64,000 nucleotides of DNA from an uncultured virus (IMG/VR IMGVR_UViG_2740892424_000003) (taxonomy: Duplodnaviria > Heunggongvirae > Uroviricota > Caudoviricetes), in IMG/VR virus record IMGVR_UViG_2740892424_000003, one strand, 5' to 3'. Shown piece by piece: positions 1 to 9,834 of the stretch. The notes below the pieces were generated by a model that was given only the letters and a program-made list of their open reading frames with translations, made no database searches and was not told the DNA's origin. The position numbers were made by a program, and so were the translations under genes. Position 1 is the stretch's first letter. Each line of letters opens with the position of its first letter.

Positions 1-307
1 GCTGGCAGCGGCGGGCCCACTCAGCGGCGACCAGCTCGCGGCGGATGTCGTTGCGCAGGTGATGCACCGGGATCGGGAAGCGGGATTGCGCCGCTGCGCA
101 GGCATCCACCATCCGGCGCAGCCAGATGTTGGCGGTCTTGTAGCTGGCGGGGTAGCGGCGTAGGTAGGTCTTGGCCAAAGGCTTGGCAACGTGCCACTCG
201 ACCTGCTGCAGTTTTTCGGCGGCACTGGCCATCTGAATGGCATCAAAGCCGGTACAGTATTTCGGCGGCAGCTGGATGCCGCACAGGTTAGTGAGGGATT
301 CTTTCAT
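1..307 (-). CDS. P2-type replication protein A, N-terminus (runs off the window)
   Basis: ATG at 307 overlaps the MTase stop (ATGA); frame MKESLTNLCGIQLPPK... is open to base 1; last position in a P2-type early operon. Confidence 0.6.
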   Translation of the reverse strand, partial: MKESLTNLCGIQLPPKYCTGFDAIQMASAAEKLQQVEWHVAKPLAKTYLRRYPASYKTANIWLRRMVDACAAAQSRFPIPVHHLRNDIRRELVAAEWARRCQ

Positions 308-1977
308 GCGGCCTCCACCTGCGCATCTGCGCACATCTCAGGCAGGTTTGCGCGCACCAGAGCCGCAGCAAGCGGCGGGCACACGGCATTGCCACAGCGG
401 GCCACCTGCGCGGTTTTGGTGAACTTCTTGCCGTTGGCATCGTTGGCGATCACGTAGTCAGCAGGGAAACCCTGAGCCGCGAACAGCTCGTGGGGTTCCA
501 GCATCCGCATGCCGATATCGACGATCTGATAATCCTCACCGCGTACAGTGACCAGACCGAACCGGTCCCGAGTGGTAACGGTATGCAGTGGCTCGGAGCA
601 GGGGATGGTTGAGTCGTTGCCGTAATATTTGAGCAGAAAGGCCCGCACCTCGCCGACATGCAGCCCGCCGGCAGTGACTGTGGGCATGGGGTCGGTGACT
701 GGCTGGCCGTCTTGGCAGGTGCCGCGCAGCTTCACCAGGTGGCTGGTCACCAGTGCATTGTGGTCAACGGTTGTCACCGTCGGCAGCGGCTTGGTCAGCT
801 CTGCGCCCACGACGCCGGTGTAATGCTTGGCCAGAAATGCGGTTACCAGCTGACTCTTGTCAGCCTTAGCCATCACAGTCCCCAGCGGCTCCTCAATGGA
901 TTGACCAACAGAGCGGCCAAACTGGCGGGCGATGACAGGCGACACCAGCGCGAAGTGGCCACCCTTTACTTGGGCACAGATAGTGCGCAGCGGCTCATCA
1001 GCAGGCATGTTGCGCTGATGGCTGGCGTTGGCATGTTCAGTGATGAATGGGGCAAATGTTGGCTGAACAACGGCAAAGCCAGGAGTCTGGGTGATGGTTT
1101 GTAGAGGCTCATTGATCCCCTGACCTCTGAAACAGTCATACGCAGTACGGGTGCTGGTGTGGTTGCACTTCACAATGAACGGCTCTGCGGCATTAATTAC
1201 GAACCGTTCCAGTCCCTTGGCAATCCGGCGCATGGTGTTCTCAGCCAGTGGCCGCTTGCGTTCGAAAATCGACGGGCAAGAGATCGACCAGTCGATGATG
1301 TCGGCGGCGGTGAGCCACGGCAGCAACTTGCCAGCTTTCACCTCGGCGCTATCTGGTGCTCCATGGGTTGGCTTTGGCCAAACGATGGCGGCGCCATCGC
1401 GGCGGGCAATAAGAAACAGGCGCTTACGGATGGTCGGGGTGCCATAGTCACAGGCGCGCAGCTCGCGCCACTCCACCTTGTAGCCTTGGCGGCGCAGCGC
1501 ATTAATGAAGCTGTTGAAGGTGCGTCCTTTCTTGGCTGGATCTGGGCGGGAATTGCCTTCCTTATCTACAATCAGCGGCCCCCATGTCTGAAACTCTTCC
1601 ACGTTCTCCAGCATGATCACCCGGGGTCGCACCTGGGCGGCCCAACGCAGGGCGACCCAAGCCAAGCCCCGGATCTTCTTGCTGACCGGTGTTGAGCCCT
1701 TGGCCTTAGAGAAGTGCTTGCAGTCAGGTGACAGCCAGACCAGCCCGACAGGGCGGCCAGCTACAACGTCACGTGGCACGATATCCCAAACGGATTCGCA
1801 GTAATGCTCTGTGCTGGGGTGATTAACGGTGTGCATGGCGATCGCATCAGGGTCGTGATTGATGGCGATTTCAGGGCTACGGCCGAGCGCCATTTCGATC
1901 CCGGTAGAGGCACCGCCGCCCCCGGCAAAGTTGTCCACGACGATTTCGTCGAACAGGTTGAAGTTATGTTCTTTCAC
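304..1977 (-). CDS. C5-cytosine DNA methyltransferase
   Basis: Motif I FAGGGG, catalytic SPDC, ENV, R.RLF, C-terminal GNAV; GTG start overlaps the upstream stop. Confidence 0.93.
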   Translation of the reverse strand: MKEHNFNLFDEIVVDNFAGGGGASTGIEMALGRSPEIAINHDPDAIAMHTVNHPSTEHYCESVWDIVPRDVVAGRPVGLVWLSPDCKHFSKAKGSTPVSKKIRGLAWVALRWAAQVRPRVIMLENVEEFQTWGPLIVDKEGNSRPDPAKKGRTFNSFINALRRQGYKVEWRELRACDYGTPTIRKRLFLIARRDGAAIVWPKPTHGAPDSAEVKAGKLLPWLTAADIIDWSISCPSIFERKRPLAENTMRRIAKGLERFVINAAEPFIVKCNHTSTRTAYDCFRGQGINEPLQTITQTPGFAVVQPTFAPFITEHANASHQRNMPADEPLRTICAQVKGGHFALVSPVIARQFGRSVGQSIEEPLGTVMAKADKSQLVTAFLAKHYTGVVGAELTKPLPTVTTVDHNALVTSHLVKLRGTCQDGQPVTDPMPTVTAGGLHVGEVRAFLLKYYGNDSTIPCSEPLHTVTTRDRFGLVTVRGEDYQIVDIGMRMLEPHELFAAQGFPADYVIANDANGKKFTKTAQVARCGNAVCPPLAAALVRANLPEMCADAQVEAA

Positions 1978-2421
1978 TTGCACACCCCGCACTTGCCATT
2001 CACGTACTCATGCGGTTGCAGGTAGCGGCCGCACTGGCCGCAGGTTGGCACCTGCTCCATGTTGGCCAGTCGGTCAGACCAGCAGGCGCGCTCGCAAAAA
2101 ACCAGACTGGTCAGGCGACGGCCAGACAGGATCACCGGCCGCACATGACCGAACTCGCCGCAGCAGCTGCAGCGCATCAGTGGGCGGCTGGCCTGTTCAA
2201 CCTTCACCACTGCTTCACTGGCTGCGCGGGCCAGCGGCCAGCAGGTTTCGACGCAGTATGGATAAGCGCGGCGACCGTGACGGCCAGTCACTGGCATGCA
2301 AACCTCCATCTGTTTGCATTTGGTGCAGGGCTCCAAGGTGACCATTTGGGTGGAAAGGCTGTTTGCAGGGCGCACGACGCCCAAAACCGGGGCATGCCCG
2401 GCTGTTTTTTGGTGAGTCATT
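1974..2421 (-). CDS. Cys-rich putative zinc-binding protein
   Basis: Several CxxC pairs (CTKC, CSCC, CGQC, CGVC); tightly packed in the operon; start approximate. Confidence 0.6.
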
Positions 2422-2626
2422 AGATGGCGCCTCCTTGGTATGACTGGCGCAGGCGGGCGGATGATTGGAGCTCGCAGTGTCTGGCAGCGCGGGCCATCCC
2501 CAACAAACTTTTGATGTGAGCGCGAGGGCGGCATTGCTGACGGCGAGCGGCCAACAGTTCGCGCTGGTATGTGCGGCGGCGGCGGGCGTCGCTCAACATG
2601 GCATCAAGCCAGAAGTCGTGGATCAT
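2420..2626 (-). CDS. Hypothetical phage protein
   Basis: ATGA overlap with the upstream MTase gene. Confidence 0.6.
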   Translation of the reverse strand: MIHDFWLDAMLSDARRRRTYQRELLAARRQQCRPRAHIKSLLGMARAARHCELQSSARLRQSYQGGAI

Positions 2627-3159
2627 GCTGCATCCTCCGCAATCAAATGGCTCAGGCCGTTCGGCAGGTTCACACGGCCGCCGTTATCCCAGACAAACCA
2701 GCTGTATTCGCAGGAGTCAGACCCGCCATTCACAAAGCGCGGGCGCGGTACCAGGATCGGGGTTTTGTTCGGAAAGCCGACTTCTGCCCAGAACGGCACC
2801 CGTTTCCTGCTGCCCAGGAAGTTCACCCGCTGCAAATAAATCAGGGTTCCATCAGGTGCGAGCTCAGACAGGCTCTTTCTCAAAAACTCCTCGGTCAGCG
2901 AAAACGGCGGGTTGGTGATGATGACGTCGAACTTGCGGCCAAAATCCCACGCCAAGTAGTCACGGCCATGGCGGATCTCGGCCCACTCTTTCTGCTGCGC
3001 AGGGAGCGGCACAGGGTCAAAGATGTTCCCTTCTGCGCGGCACGGCTCCATAAAGTGGTCGCCAGCGCGAAAGCTGATGCAGTTCAGCAGGGCAGCAACT
3101 GCGCTTTTCGGGGTGGGGTAGAGCTCGCGCTCGATAACATTGCCGGTTGTGCTGCTCAT
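2623..3159 (-). CDS. Small amino (N6-adenine-type) DNA methyltransferase
   Basis: YPTP, EPC.A.G, IITNPPF motifs. Confidence 0.85.
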   Translation of the reverse strand: MSSTTGNVIERELYPTPKSAVAALLNCISFRAGDHFMEPCRAEGNIFDPVPLPAQQKEWAEIRHGRDYLAWDFGRKFDVIITNPPFSLTEEFLRKSLSELAPDGTLIYLQRVNFLGSRKRVPFWAEVGFPNKTPILVPRPRFVNGGSDSCEYSWFVWDNGGRVNLPNGLSHLIAEDAA

Positions 3160-3332
3160 GCTGCTACTCCTTCCAGAACCCGAGCGCGGCCAGACGGCAG
3201 CAGCTCGATGCGGGCGGCGTGACGCTGGCCACGCAGCCAGCTGTTTTTGACGTTGATGTAACCGTGGCGCACCAGATAGGCGACGGCAGCGGTAGGATTG
3301 GCGGCGGTGTGCTTGGCGGTGATGGCGATCAT
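3156..3332 (-). CDS. 58-aa hypothetical protein (MIAITAKHTAANP...)
   Basis: ATGA overlaps at both ends; below the ORF track cutoff. Confidence 0.6.
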   Translation of the reverse strand: MIAITAKHTAANPTAAVAYLVRHGYINVKNSWLRGQRHAARIELLPSGRARVLEGVAA

Positions 3333-3850
3333 TGGGCACCCCCTTGCAGCGCGTGGACAAAGGGCGGCTGGAATATCACGGTGACATCATGGAGAGGTGC
3401 AGCCAGATCCACGCCGATGATGTGCGGGCCGTCCATAAACGGCAGGGCATCATCAGCCAACGGCTCGAATGCAACTTTTGGCGGCTGGAATACCAGCCCC
3501 TTTGCGTCGTCCTGCCACGTAAAGCAGGCCTTGGCATCGGTAAACAGCCATTCATCGGCGGCTTGCGGGTTGGTGATGGCGAACTCGTTGAACAGCTTGA
3601 GGAAGGCGAATTCCCCTGGCTGAGTGCTGGCGACCAGCACTGGCGGCCGCTGACCACCCTGCAGAATGTCGAGGCGCTTGGTCAGCTCGGCGTAGATGTC
3701 GAGCATGCTCAACTCGTCGGCCAGTTCTGCCAGCGCCTCAAGGCTCGCCTCGACGGCGGTGCTATGGCAGGCGCCCAGCTGGGGGCGATGGGTATTAATG
3801 AGGCTGTTCGCGACTTTGCGGATCGCCTGTTCTGCTGTACTATTGTTCAT
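3329..3850 (-). CDS. Hypothetical phage protein
   Basis: GAGG RBS before ATG 3850; operon packing. Confidence 0.65.
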   Translation of the reverse strand: MNNSTAEQAIRKVANSLINTHRPQLGACHSTAVEASLEALAELADELSMLDIYAELTKRLDILQGGQRPPVLVASTQPGEFAFLKLFNEFAITNPQAADEWLFTDAKACFTWQDDAKGLVFQPPKVAFEPLADDALPFMDGPHIIGVDLAAPLHDVTVIFQPPFVHALQGGAQ

Positions 3851-3913
3851 GAGGTTTACCTCGCTGATTGATTGAAAGCCCCGCTGGTGCGTCAACACCG
3901 ATAGCGGGGTTTT

Positions 3914-4357
3914 TTATTGGCCGTTTCCGGCCACTTTTCTTAATGCCGCTAAGCGGCTTTCCAATGTGCCAGCCTGAGCGCTCAGCTCTGCCCGGCGTTG
4001 ATTCTCAAGCGCTGCCTGCTCCAGCTCGCTGCGGGTCGGCCCATCAACACGGCTGGCGGTGCGGTGCCATTCGCGGCGGTGCAGCACCGCCCCGTCAAAC
4101 TCCCGCAGGGTGGCGAGCAGGTCGCTCAGTGCGAGGCGCAGCGCCTCTTGTTGGTCAAACTCGAACTGGTCCAGCTCCTGCGATGCCGCCGACGGCGAGA
4201 TCCCGGCGGCATAACAGATGACGGCGCGGGCCCGAGTCGGCAGGCGTGACCAGCGGCTGGCCGCCCCATTGCGGCCGAACTTGGCGCGCATGTCTGCCAG
4301 TGCCGCGTCTGCGGCGCTTGGCTGTTGAACGAGTGCAATGACCTTTGCTGTGTTCAT
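3914..4357 (-). CDS. P2-type early hypothetical protein
   Basis: GGAGG RBS; followed by hairpin CCCGCT..AGCGGG. Confidence 0.7.
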   Translation of the reverse strand: MNTAKVIALVQQPSAADAALADMRAKFGRNGAASRWSRLPTRARAVICYAAGISPSAASQELDQFEFDQQEALRLALSDLLATLREFDGAVLHRREWHRTASRVDGPTRSELEQAALENQRRAELSAQAGTLESRLAALRKVAGNGQ

Positions 4358-4372
4358 GGGGTGGCCCTCCGG

Positions 4373-4594
4373 TTATGCCTGCAGCAGCTGGGTCAGCCAG
4401 TGCGGGCGGGGTTGCTGGCGCGGCGTAAAGCGCAGGGCGCCACGGCGGCCCTTGTGGTCTTCCAGATAGCTGCCATCCAAGCGGGTGGTGATGCGCATCA
4501 CCGGCTCGTCGCAATCGCTCACGACGGTGGCGCGGGTCAGCAGCAGAAACGGCAGGGGGATCAGCCCCGGCTGTTCGGCGCGCAGTTTGTTCAT
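4373..4594 (-). CDS. Hypothetical protein (MNKLRAEQPGLIPLPF...)
   Basis: GGAGG RBS, ATGA overlap with the ogr-like gene. Confidence 0.6.
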   Translation of the reverse strand: MNKLRAEQPGLIPLPFLLLTRATVVSDCDEPVMRITTRLDGSYLEDHKGRRGALRFTPRQQPRPHWLTQLLQA

Positions 4595-4908
4595 GCTTCC
4601 TCCTTGGTCTTGTTGCGTTCTTCCTTTACTGCCTTGAACGGGTGGATGGTTGAGCGCAGCGGCGCGACATCCGTGAAATTCACCCCTGGCTCCCAGTGGC
4701 GGCCGACGCCGCTCAGCTTGGGCAAATTGATGGCTGGGTTTGGCAGGGCGCTGGCGACGTAATACCCCGTCACCTCCACCCCCACTTGGAACACAAAACC
4801 GCAATCGTCGTTGTTGCAGCGGCAGCGCAGGATCCCGGTGAGGGAGCTCATGCGGTTGGTGCTGCGAATGGCACTTCGTGATCCGCAATGCGGGCACGGA
4901 AATCTCAT
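4591..4908 (-). CDS. ogr: Ogr/Delta-like zinc-finger transcription activator
   Basis: MRFPCPHCGS..IR...RCNNDDCGFVF matches the Ogr/Delta C2-C2 pattern. Confidence 0.8.
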   Translation of the reverse strand: MRFPCPHCGSRSAIRSTNRMSSLTGILRCRCNNDDCGFVFQVGVEVTGYYVASALPNPAINLPKLSGVGRHWEPGVNFTDVAPLRSTIHPFKAVKEERNKTKEEA

Positions 4909-4919
4909 GGTCTGGTCTC

Positions 4920-5438
4920 CTATGCGCCGAGCGCTGCGCGGGCCATATCGGCGGCACACGCAAGGCTCGGGACGGCGTGAAATCGGTCTTCGACTTCGGT
5001 TGCCAACAGCACAAGGTGCTCGATGCCAGCCCATAAGCCGGTGAGGACGGTGTTGCGGTTGGTTTTGGTGACACGGTCACCGGCAAGAATGGTGGTGGCT
5101 TGTGATGTGACGCCCAGGATCTGGGCGCCCGCGTTGAGTGCCTGCTGGGCGCGGGCCTCTGGCTGGATCACGGCATCAGAAGCAGGCAGGCGAACGGCAG
5201 TCAGGCCACAGTCGAACAGCAGGCCATCAAACAAGGTGTCGTCACCGGTGGCTCGGTAGATGGCGATCAAGTCTTGGGCGGTCAGGTTGTGCCGCGCACA
5301 CCCCGGATTGAATTTGTTATGCAGCACATGGCCAGACATGCCGATGGACTCAGCCAGCTGGCTGATGTTGTGCGCCTGTTTGAACAGGTCGCAGGCCCCG
5401 GCAAAATGGTTGTGTGAGCGAGAGCGTTGGTTTGTCAC
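4920..5438 (-). CDS. cII: 186-type CII regulatory protein
   Basis: AC..F...HNISQLA..IGMS..VL.NKFNP signature; directly after cox. Confidence 0.85.
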   Translation of the reverse strand: MTNQRSRSHNHFAGACDLFKQAHNISQLAESIGMSGHVLHNKFNPGCARHNLTAQDLIAIYRATGDDTLFDGLLFDCGLTAVRLPASDAVIQPEARAQQALNAGAQILGVTSQATTILAGDRVTKTNRNTVLTGLWAGIEHLVLLATEVEDRFHAVPSLACAADMARAALGA

Positions 5439-5471
5439 TTTATCCCCCTGAGTCTGATCGCTACCGTTAGG

Positions 5472-5885
5472 TCAAACAGCAGCGCGTTGTGCTGACTTTT
5501 TGGCAGAAGCCTTGACCACACGGTGACAGGAGTTCTCATGCACAAACTTGAAGTAGTTTTCCGGCTCCTTGGTCATTTCACGCCAGCGGTGCAGGTTGAC
5601 CCACACTTTGTCGCCCGCACGCAGCTTGGGAATGATGGGCAAGCGGCCATCGTTGATCATGTCTTGGGCGGTGCGCAGCGGCAGGTTGAACTTGAGTTCT
5701 TCACGCAACATGGTCAGGAAGGCATCCAGCGGAATGGCTGGCAGAACGGAGAGCGCAAGGCCCTGTTTGATGGCCGCCAGCTGGCGCAGCACTTCGTCCA
5801 TCTGGTCAACTGGCTGTGCGGTGTCGTCACCAATAGGTGCGGCATGCGCCCCTAAAGGCTGTTTTTCGGTGTCACGTTGCGTCAT
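5472..5885 (-). CDS. cox: Cox/Apl-like excisionase-repressor
   Basis: Divergent from cI; GRLPII...KVWVN winged-helix pattern. Confidence 0.7.
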   Translation of the reverse strand: MTQRDTEKQPLGAHAAPIGDDTAQPVDQMDEVLRQLAAIKQGLALSVLPAIPLDAFLTMLREELKFNLPLRTAQDMINDGRLPIIPKLRAGDKVWVNLHRWREMTKEPENYFKFVHENSCHRVVKASAKKSAQRAAV

Positions 5886-6041
5886 ACTGCGCCCCTATGC
5901 GTTTAATTTTCACCTCTACGGACGTTACTGACCTGCCTCGCAAGCAATGGGTCATTAACGTGATCTTGAGGTGACTATATACGCCGACGCGATAGCGCGC
6001 AACCACAGGGCGATAAAAATCACCAAGAGGTTACTTTTTTT

Positions 6042-6797
6042 ATGGAGATCTTGAACGGTACAGCCTTTGATATAAAGGCCTTTGCCAATAGGTTACAAAG
6101 CTTGATTGGTAGAGAGAGCGTTAAGTCATTCAGCCGTAGGGCAGGTGTCAGTGATGCTGTTACACGAAAATATATCACTGGTGAAACCATGCCTTCCGTT
6201 GGTTTGGTCTCTCAAATCTGTGGTCATGACCCCCAGTTGTTCTTGTGGCTCTGTCTTGGTATAGGCGAGAAACCTAGTTTGTTGTCAGACATCCCTGAAT
6301 CCTTATCTTATTTAAGGGGGGTAAATACTGATGACACTGTTGTCGCCGAAGAGTCTATCGCCACCTACAACATCAAGATGCAGGACTACACACTGGTCGA
6401 TTGCTATCAGGTGTTCGCCTCTGCCGGTTTCGGCGCAACGGTTTCCGAAGAGCTGAAAACTGAGCCGATGGCGTTCCGTACCGAATGGCTCAAGAAAGAA
6501 GGCCTATCCCCCGAGCGGTTGGCAGTTATCCGCGCCAAGGGCGATTCGATGGAACCCACCATCAGCAACAACGACATCATCTTGGTGTACCTGTGCAACG
6601 GCGAGGCGCTGCGCGATGGCCTCTATGTGCTGCGCATTGCCGATGGACTGCTGGTTAAGCGTTTGCAATTCGACCCGTTCGGCGGCTTCAAAATTATTTC
6701 TGACAATCCTGGCTATGAAACCCAAGTGGTCACCAAAGACCAGCGCCCCGATGTGCATATCGTTGGCCGCGTGGCATGGGCAGGGAAGAAGTTTTAA
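6042..6797 (+). CDS. cI: CI-like repressor, HTH plus intact S24 autopeptidase
   Basis: N-terminal HTH, SAG cleavage site, GDSM serine, VKRL lysine. Confidence 0.9.
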   Translation: MEILNGTAFDIKAFANRLQSLIGRESVKSFSRRAGVSDAVTRKYITGETMPSVGLVSQICGHDPQLFLWLCLGIGEKPSLLSDIPESLSYLRGVNTDDTVVAEESIATYNIKMQDYTLVDCYQVFASAGFGATVSEELKTEPMAFRTEWLKKEGLSPERLAVIRAKGDSMEPTISNNDIILVYLCNGEALRDGLYVLRIADGLLVKRLQFDPFGGFKIISDNPGYETQVVTKDQRPDVHIVGRVAWAGKKF

Positions 6798-6816
6798 ACC
6801 AACGAAAGGAGTCGAG

Positions 6817-7089
6817 ATGAAACAGAAAACCATCCTGCTATCAGCACTGCTGTTCGGTGTATCTGCATTTGCTGCTCATGCAGTAGAACAGAGCAATCCA
6901 AAGCAACACTCTGAACAAAAAGCAGATGATAAAAAACAGAGCAAGCAAGGTTTCAGTTGTTCCACAGTTGCCAGTTACTGCAAAGATATGGGCAGTTGTG
7001 AAGAGGCGGAGTTTGCTTTGGAACAGTGTGGCCGCAGTCGGCTTGACAGGGATAAAGATGGCATCCCATGTGAAAACGTGTGCGGATGA
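6817..7089 (+). CDS. Secreted excalibur Ca-binding domain protein
   Basis: Signal peptide; C..M.SCEEA...L..C...RLDRDKDGIPCE. Confidence 0.85.
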   Translation: MKQKTILLSALLFGVSAFAAHAVEQSNPKQHSEQKADDKKQSKQGFSCSTVASYCKDMGSCEEAEFALEQCGRSRLDRDKDGIPCENVCG

Positions 7090-7097
7090 TGGTGAAT

Positions 7098-7499
7098 ATG
7101 ACACTCAGGAGTTTGGTGCTTTTTTTCACATTTCAATTTCCAATGGCCTTTGCTGGGCCAGCTGAAGTTGCAAGAGAAGCGTTAGACCACCAAGCCATAT
7201 GGTTTGACAGTGCAAGCGGAGCCTTGACTATTTTGGCAACAAGCCGTGACACCGTAAGCAAGGGGCAACTTGCCACATCAATTCTACTTGGCTACTGCGA
7301 TTCCGTTATTGGTGACAGCCACGTAATGGACCGAGTCAAAAAGGTTAATGTGATTAATAGTTCAAGAACTCATGGTTTTGTTTTCTTTGGCGGAATTGAT
7401 ACGTGCGATGAAATATCCGGCGAAGAATATTTAGATGACAAAGAGATTGCAGAGATCATTCTGTCGCACAGCGTGGTGTGGACTGGGAAAAATTTCTGA
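7098..7499 (+). CDS. Putative exported protein
   Basis: Signal-peptide-like N-terminus ending AFA; lower GC. Confidence 0.65.
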   Translation: MTLRSLVLFFTFQFPMAFAGPAEVAREALDHQAIWFDSASGALTILATSRDTVSKGQLATSILLGYCDSVIGDSHVMDRVKKVNVINSSRTHGFVFFGGIDTCDEISGEEYLDDKEIAEIILSHSVVWTGKNF

Positions 7500-7555
7500 C
7501 AAGTATGGGCTAGCAAATAGCTATTTATCGATAAATAGAGAAAAGGGGATAAATT

Positions 7556-8593
7556 ATGGCGTTGGTGAAGTGCAAGGAGTGCAAAAAAGAAGTTAGCAAC
7601 TCAGCAAAGGTATGCCCTCACTGCGGCATAAAAAATCCGGCGGTTACGGTAAAGGACTACGTCCTTGGAGTCATTGGTCTTATCGTTATTTTCTTCGCAA
7701 TTAAGTCATGTTCTGGGGATGATAGTAAATCGACAAGTAAAGTCGCTGAGAAGAGTACCGTTGAAGAAGTCAAACCAAGAGAGCTTGGTGAGGTTAAGCC
7801 TTACACCATTATTTCTGGCGATATGAAAACGAAGGCCCGCAAAGAAACCTTCTTCGTTGCTGCCCCCCTAGCTGAGACAAAGGGTGACCGTGCGGCAACA
7901 GCCAGAAAGGCGGCCAGCGATATCTTTGAAAAAACAGGGATCCCCGTCGTTACCGTATTTGTTGAGCATGACAAGCTGTTTGCAGGCAAAGGTAGCAACC
8001 TGGCCAAGGCCACGTATTTTTCAGATGCTTGCAATTTCTCTGGTAATGACTGCAACGGTATCGTGTGGGATGTAGCCGCATCCAACGTTACGGTCACTGA
8101 AAAAGAGTGGGGCGTATATCGGGACTGGATTAAGAACCGCAGTCGGTATCTTGATAAGCATGGCAACTTGAATGAAGACAAGCTGAGCGCATTTTTAGCC
8201 AAGAAATATGGTGTTACTCCAGATGACATCATGCTGCCAGCTCCAGGGATCGACTATGTCGGCGTGAACCCCTACGAATCAGAGCAGGATAAGCAGGCCG
8301 AGAAAGACAAGGCTTTTGCCAAGAAAGCGGTCATTGAGGCGCGGATTAAGAGGCTCAAGTCTCAGTTCAGTCCATGGGATGGGTCTCACATCACCCTTGA
8401 GAGAGCCATTCAGAAGAGCATGAATGACCCTGACAGCTATGAGCATGTCGAGACAACTTATCGTGACCTTGGTGATTCACTCATCGTTTCCACCACGTTC
8501 CGCGGTAAAAACGGATTTGGTGGCGTCGTGAAAAATACTGTCGTGGCTCAGGTAGATCTTGATGGGAACATCTTGGAAATCATATCTGAATGA
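7556..8593 (+). CDS. Zinc-ribbon, single-TM membrane protein with large extracytoplasmic domain
   Basis: CKEC..CPHCG, hydrophobic helix; stop overlaps the int start (ATGA). Confidence 0.8.
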   Translation: MALVKCKECKKEVSNSAKVCPHCGIKNPAVTVKDYVLGVIGLIVIFFAIKSCSGDDSKSTSKVAEKSTVEEVKPRELGEVKPYTIISGDMKTKARKETFFVAAPLAETKGDRAATARKAASDIFEKTGIPVVTVFVEHDKLFAGKGSNLAKATYFSDACNFSGNDCNGIVWDVAASNVTVTEKEWGVYRDWIKNRSRYLDKHGNLNEDKLSAFLAKKYGVTPDDIMLPAPGIDYVGVNPYESEQDKQAEKDKAFAKKAVIEARIKRLKSQFSPWDGSHITLERAIQKSMNDPDSYEHVETTYRDLGDSLIVSTTFRGKNGFGGVVKNTVVAQVDLDGNILEIISE

Positions 8594-9648
8594 CAGTCCG
8601 TAAACTTGATGACGGCAAGCCGCTCCTATGGCTTGCCGATATTCGTCCTGGTGGTCGCAATGGCCCGCGGCGGCGCAAGCGCTTTGCCACCAAGGGCGAG
8701 GCGAATGCGTGGGAGCTGTGGCAGCTTGAGCAGTTCGCCGAAAAGCCGTGGCTGGGTGACGATGAGCAGGCCACCGAGCCTGTTGCTGATACCCGGCGGT
8801 TGGCTGATCTGGTTGAGCGCTGGTTTGGCCTGCACGGCCAGAGCTTGCGTGATGGTGAGCAACGCCGCTCCAAGCTGCTGTTGATCTGCGAAAGCCTGGG
8901 TAACCCGCTGGCAAGCGACTTCACTGGCAATGACTTTGCCAAGTACCGCGAGGCACGGCTCTCTGGTGCAGTGAGCGATCGGCGGGCGGCAACGCAAGAA
9001 GGGAAGGGGGTGAGCGCATCGACGGTGAACCGCGATCACGCTTACCTGCGGGCCGTGTTCAATGAGCTCAAGCGGTTGGGCGAGTGGACGGCAGAGAACC
9101 CGCTGGCCGGAATGCGGCTTTACCGGGTTATCGAATCCGAGCTGGCGTTTTTATACCCTGATGAGATCAAGTCGTTGCTCGATGCCTGTGACACCGCCAG
9201 CAATCCCGATCTCGGTATTGTGGTGCGGCTCTGCTTGGCCACTGGTGCGCGTTGGGGGGAAATCCAAGACCTGACCCAGTCACAGGTGGCACAGAACCGG
9301 CTGACGTTTACCCATACCAAGGGTGGCAAGCGCCGAACCGTGCCCATCAATCAGGAGCTGATAGACCTGATCCCCAAGCGCAGGGGCAAGCTGTTCAGTG
9401 AGTGCTATCACCACTTCGAATCCGCCATCAACAAGGCAGGCATCCAGCTGCCGGCAGGGCAGAGCACCCATGTACTGCGGCACACGTTCGCATCACACTT
9501 TATGATGAACGGTGGCAACATTCTGGTGTTGCAAAAGATCCTCGGGCACTCGACTATCACCATGACGATGCGCTATGCCCACTTTGCTCCAGACCACTTG
9601 GAAGACGCGCTGAGGCTCAACCCGCTGACCATCAACAAACTGCGATAA
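8590..9648 (+). CDS. int: P2/186-family tyrosine integrase
   Basis: TGARWGE, HVLRHTFASH, LGHS...MRYAH. Confidence 0.95.
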   Translation: MTVRKLDDGKPLLWLADIRPGGRNGPRRRKRFATKGEANAWELWQLEQFAEKPWLGDDEQATEPVADTRRLADLVERWFGLHGQSLRDGEQRRSKLLLICESLGNPLASDFTGNDFAKYREARLSGAVSDRRAATQEGKGVSASTVNRDHAYLRAVFNELKRLGEWTAENPLAGMRLYRVIESELAFLYPDEIKSLLDACDTASNPDLGIVVRLCLATGARWGEIQDLTQSQVAQNRLTFTHTKGGKRRTVPINQELIDLIPKRRGKLFSECYHHFESAINKAGIQLPAGQSTHVLRHTFASHFMMNGGNILVLQKILGHSTITMTMRYAHFAPDHLEDALRLNPLTINKLR

Positions 9649-9761
9649 TGTCCACTTTTGATCCACGCAGTTCGCACAACACCGCATCAAGCCACATCAT
9701 GCCGCGCTCGTAAGTGGCTGTTTTAATGTAACTTGTTGTTTTTAAAGGCTCGCTAGAGGTT

Positions 9762-9834
9762 TTTAAAATCCCTCGACGTTCGCGTCGTGCCGGTTCGATT
9801 CCGGCCTCGGGCACCATTAAAATCAAAGACTTAC
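9762..9834 (+). repeat. att junction: 73-bp direct repeat copy 1 (3' half of tRNA-Leu(TAA) plus 18 bp with IHF-like site)
   Basis: Identical to 62769-62841; TTTAAAA loop, long variable arm, GGTTCGATT T-arm, CCA; AATCAAAGACTTA fits WATCAANNNNTTR. Confidence 0.95.

Larger units (their letters stand above)
1..9761. mobile_element. P2/186-like prophage, early/control end (continues left of the window)
   Basis: Gene order gpA-MTases-ogr-cII-cox <> cI-cargo-int, ending at a tRNA-Leu 3' fragment. Confidence 0.9.

Noticed and set aside
9762..9816. Intact tRNA-Leu here or at 62765-62823
   Set aside because: Both copies lack the 5' acceptor strand and D-arm; they are att fragments.
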